From Planctomycetota bacterium (lineage in GTDB: Bacteria; Planctomycetota; GCA-002687715; DRQF01), in contig JAZGFI010000136.1 in the NCBI GenBank assembly GCA_036479435.1, positions 1 to 50,057 of the forward strand: DNA of 50,057 nt. Direction: 5' to 3'. A model generated the notes under the pieces. The model was not told the DNA's origin and made no database searches. It saw only the letters and a list, made by a program, of their open reading frames with translations. Made by a program: the position numbers and the translations under genes. Shown piece by piece: positions 48,601 to 50,057 of the stretch; the first letter of the stretch is position 1; every line of letters starts with the position of its first letter.

Positions 48601-50057
48601 CCCGAACTCACAGCTCGTAACCGGGACCTACGTGACACTGGCTCGCCGCCTCACGGCAGCCGGCTATCGAGAAGAGGCCGTCCAGTCCATTGAAGAATAT
48701 CTCTCCAGGTTCAGAAAACCCTCGGGAAAGATCTTGGTCGCGCTCGCCCGAGCCTATAGCGAACTCGGCCTGAAAAGAAGCAGCCGCCAAGTTTGGAGTT
48801 ACGCCGCTTCGGTCACCCCGCGAGACTTGATCGAGACCGGAGATCAAACCGAGGTCGTCTCGGAACTCGCCAAGATCGCGATTGCCGAACTGACGGCAAA
48901 AAGTGTAAGAGCGATGCCAAAATCCTTGGGGCTCAAGCCGCGCGAGGCTTGGCGTCTTGGAAGTAACGGAGACGCTGACGTCTGGAGCGTCATCCAACCT
49001 TTCGGTGAGCGGCCTGAGAAATTCAGAAGTCGCTTTTTCGCCTTCAAATCCGGGTTGCTTCAGTGCTTTGATGCCGACTCCGACCAAGCCATTTGGAAAA
49101 TCTCCGTCAAGAATGACCCGCAAGACCGCTTGCAATGGTTCGATGGGCGCTTGCTCGCGGTGCTCGATGGTGCCCTCGTGGCCATCAATCCCGAAAACGG
49201 TCAGGAGTACTGGCGCGCCGAGAATCACAGCGGTCGCTACGGCGAAGTCGCAGCGTCGCAAGGCAAGGTCTATTCGATCATCACGCCACTCGCTTACAAC
49301 GCCCGTTACGTTCTCCAGGCGCGCAGCCTCATTACTGGCGACGTCGTCTTCGAACGAGGATTTACGGGGGCCGCCGGGTCTAGCTTGACGGCAGGTGACC
49401 GTTGGATCTTGGTAAACGATGATCGCGTAGATCGCTGTTTCGTGCTCGACGGTTACACCGGCGAGCCAGCTCCAGCTTGGCCCGACGGTTTTCGCCACGC
49501 GGGGCTCGTCAGACCGAGCCTGAACGCCAATGGCCTCATCATCGCCATCACCGTTTCAACTGACAGATCCCGAAAGATCTCCGCACTCGACCCGCAAACC
49601 GGCGAAGCCAAATGGAGCCGTAACCTCGGCGCTGGAGACGCGCGCGTCCTCTACGACGACGAATCTCGACTGGTTTACCGCCGTACGAATCGCGCCACCA
49701 AAACAACTCACCTGGTGGCTATTGATACTCTAAGGGCCACTACGTTAGTGGATCGCCAGATGAGTTCGGAGTTTCGCATTGGCCCCGGTTGCCAGATTGA
49801 CGGCTCGGATCTGTTTTTGAAGGTCACCCAGGTCGTTCTTCGACCACGCCGCATGCGGCGGCACTTTATTGAGAGTTTTTCTCTCGATGGCGGAGAATCT
49901 CGGTGGCGTACCGCGAGTTTCGGGCAGGGGGCACGCCCCATGGCGTTTCCTTTCGACAAAGGGGTGTTGGTTTTGGTCACGGAGCGCGTCTTTAAGTCGG
50001 GACGCAACCGGCAACAAACAAAGGGAACACTTCATTTCGTCGATCGTGACACCGGGC
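45608..50057 (+). CDS. Giant TPR + PQQ/BamB-like beta-propeller protein (>1480 aa, truncated by the window end; absent from the ORF track)
   Basis: ATG 45608 (or 45665) then hydrophobic YLPFVFAFVFLLLG; N-domain FVGIRDYCNEFIAKLP..YRR; PQQ-like repeats CFDRNNGRLKW, INPENGQEYW, LDPQTGEAKW. The same frame reads LHFVDRDTG at the edge. Confidence 0.85.
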   Translation, partial: MTKSKLRVTTRSRARNLARMVTRLAQGQGQYLPFVFAFVFLLLGTGHLCGQRGWGRTQQYYDSNVQVAGSRVAQELLTKAEKDLESGEFDRCVRLVQRVLDHHASGALSTENGRFVGIRDYCNEFIAKLPPKGQITYRRIFDPYAKEIFERGLTEHNPKTLGEVFRRYQYSSFGAKALLAALDLEFNTGAFQVAYDLASLYFELFSNEGQKPERHRSDRRAAASGLIAARMMNDRGRLERFSLRIPPAIMATEIAVAGNSVRISEFAEQQRMALIGANSASVTPKINQLLRARWNATIRTDNWGARKPSHLYDFKRNARPQDFAWNPVLPVMDEGAIYFSDGVSIRAFSLFNPELKWQYDGVVKQSQARVNLTSSYPITLDRNILFAALEIAVERETRIWNFTPQMAVPDRRLHAVDASRGNSIWSQMEYRHPEASDQERFFVRHLSITSRPLVIGDNLYCSATRFHTSYHHYVCCFDRNNGRLKWSVFVCTGQMEQNMFGNRVRECVSGDLVEKDGILYYSTNIGVIAAIDSRLRTLKFTAAYKQVGIPRQDRSNRQVSERAPTWANNTPVVVGDTIFFTPIDSQELLAVNRHTGHCRVVLKRDRSSHYRYIAGPFDGKIAILGAKVAFYDTVKKELLLASGINFAASSSDLAARQAGVSGQPVIVGNRLFAPVHTGNRRSKEGRIYAWDLTTLKIDKEVKLRSSKLIAGVGNLSFHNGVFVMTSTASDRKSSVVRCYFDRAELQKRLFELMARHPEDPRPHFQAGEIALQEKEPDFASAIASFRKAERLAGLSTGRFDTWVAKSRDELFRIYLDLAENSAHRKSELKLDSKQCFEAALRMARFDQQRVDILFKLLGKAASSRDASSFERHYRTVMSRYANAPFDHRDELQADLPELGTFTRHDQAGLVATLYAAKFRTRIGDAEGAVAAYQRILRDYSRSNLGRDGAWTAAYRGIDRILSNRNRVVYAKQELAAKQLFDSAGEHAVTPLRRLLDLYPNSQLVTGTYVTLARRLTAAGYREEAVQSIEEYLSRFRKPSGKILVALARAYSELGLKRSSRQVWSYAASVTPRDLIETGDQTEVVSELAKIAIAELTAKSVRAMPKSLGLKPREAWRLGSNGDADVWSVIQPFGERPEKFRSRFFAFKSGLLQCFDADSDQAIWKISVKNDPQDRLQWFDGRLLAVLDGALVAINPENGQEYWRAENHSGRYGEVAASQGKVYSIITPLAYNARYVLQARSLITGDVVFERGFTGAAGSSLTAGDRWILVNDDRVDRCFVLDGYTGEPAPAWPDGFRHAGLVRPSLNANGLIIAITVSTDRSRKISALDPQTGEAKWSRNLGAGDARVLYDDESRLVYRRTNRATKTTHLVAIDTLRATTLVDRQMSSEFRIGPGCQIDGSDLFLKVTQVVLRPRRMRRHFIESFSLDGGESRWRTASFGQGARPMAFPFDKGVLVLVTERVFKSGRNRQQTKGTLHFVDRDTG

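Noticed and set aside
45677..50035. Many short ORFs listed in the last 4.4 kb (e.g. 47398..48105, 48608..49498)
   Set aside because: All are off-frame or antisense to one giant + strand ORF that lacks a stop inside the window.

Overview
A gene-dense, GC-rich (roughly 58-60% by eye) chromosomal segment of a diderm bacterium, most likely Planctomycetota. This is inferred from the Zn-ribbon SpoVG, the DUF1800/DUF1501 pair, the PQQ-propeller/MoxR/DUF58/BatA/VWA operon, the HEAT proteins and lpxD. I see no integrase, transposase, phage genes or CRISPR array. Content from left to right: ggt; a MetX-family acyltransferase; an ECF sigma with a membrane partner; a secreted IPT/TIG protein; a glycogen debranching enzyme; a secreted repeat protein; a lone short flagellin converging on a PilV/PilW/PilX-like minor pilin cassette; a DUF1573-rhodanese-MauE triad; yceH with a SWIM-SNF2 helicase; efp; DUF1800/DUF1501; a ferritin-like protein; tRNA-fMet; a large HEAT/TPR protein; a pssA-folK-ispE-spoVG-DUF2520 operon; and a long + strand run eno - ftsB-like - lpxD - PQQ/TPR - moxR - DUF58 - BatA/VWA - VWA/GATase - giant PQQ/TPR (runs off the end, absent from the ORF track). 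Best leads: (i) a divergent FtsB/DivIC-like gene at the conserved post-eno position, in a lineage thought to lack FtsZ, heading an envelope/MoxR operon; (ii) an exactly spaced sigma28-type promoter in front of the minor pilin cassette, next to an orphan flagellin with a structured GGA-rich leader; (iii) a phased array of DnaA-box-like motifs at about 6.3-6.5 kb; (iv) a MetX homologue with serine-acyltransferase-like signatures. All family calls come from motif recognition by eye; no database searches were run.
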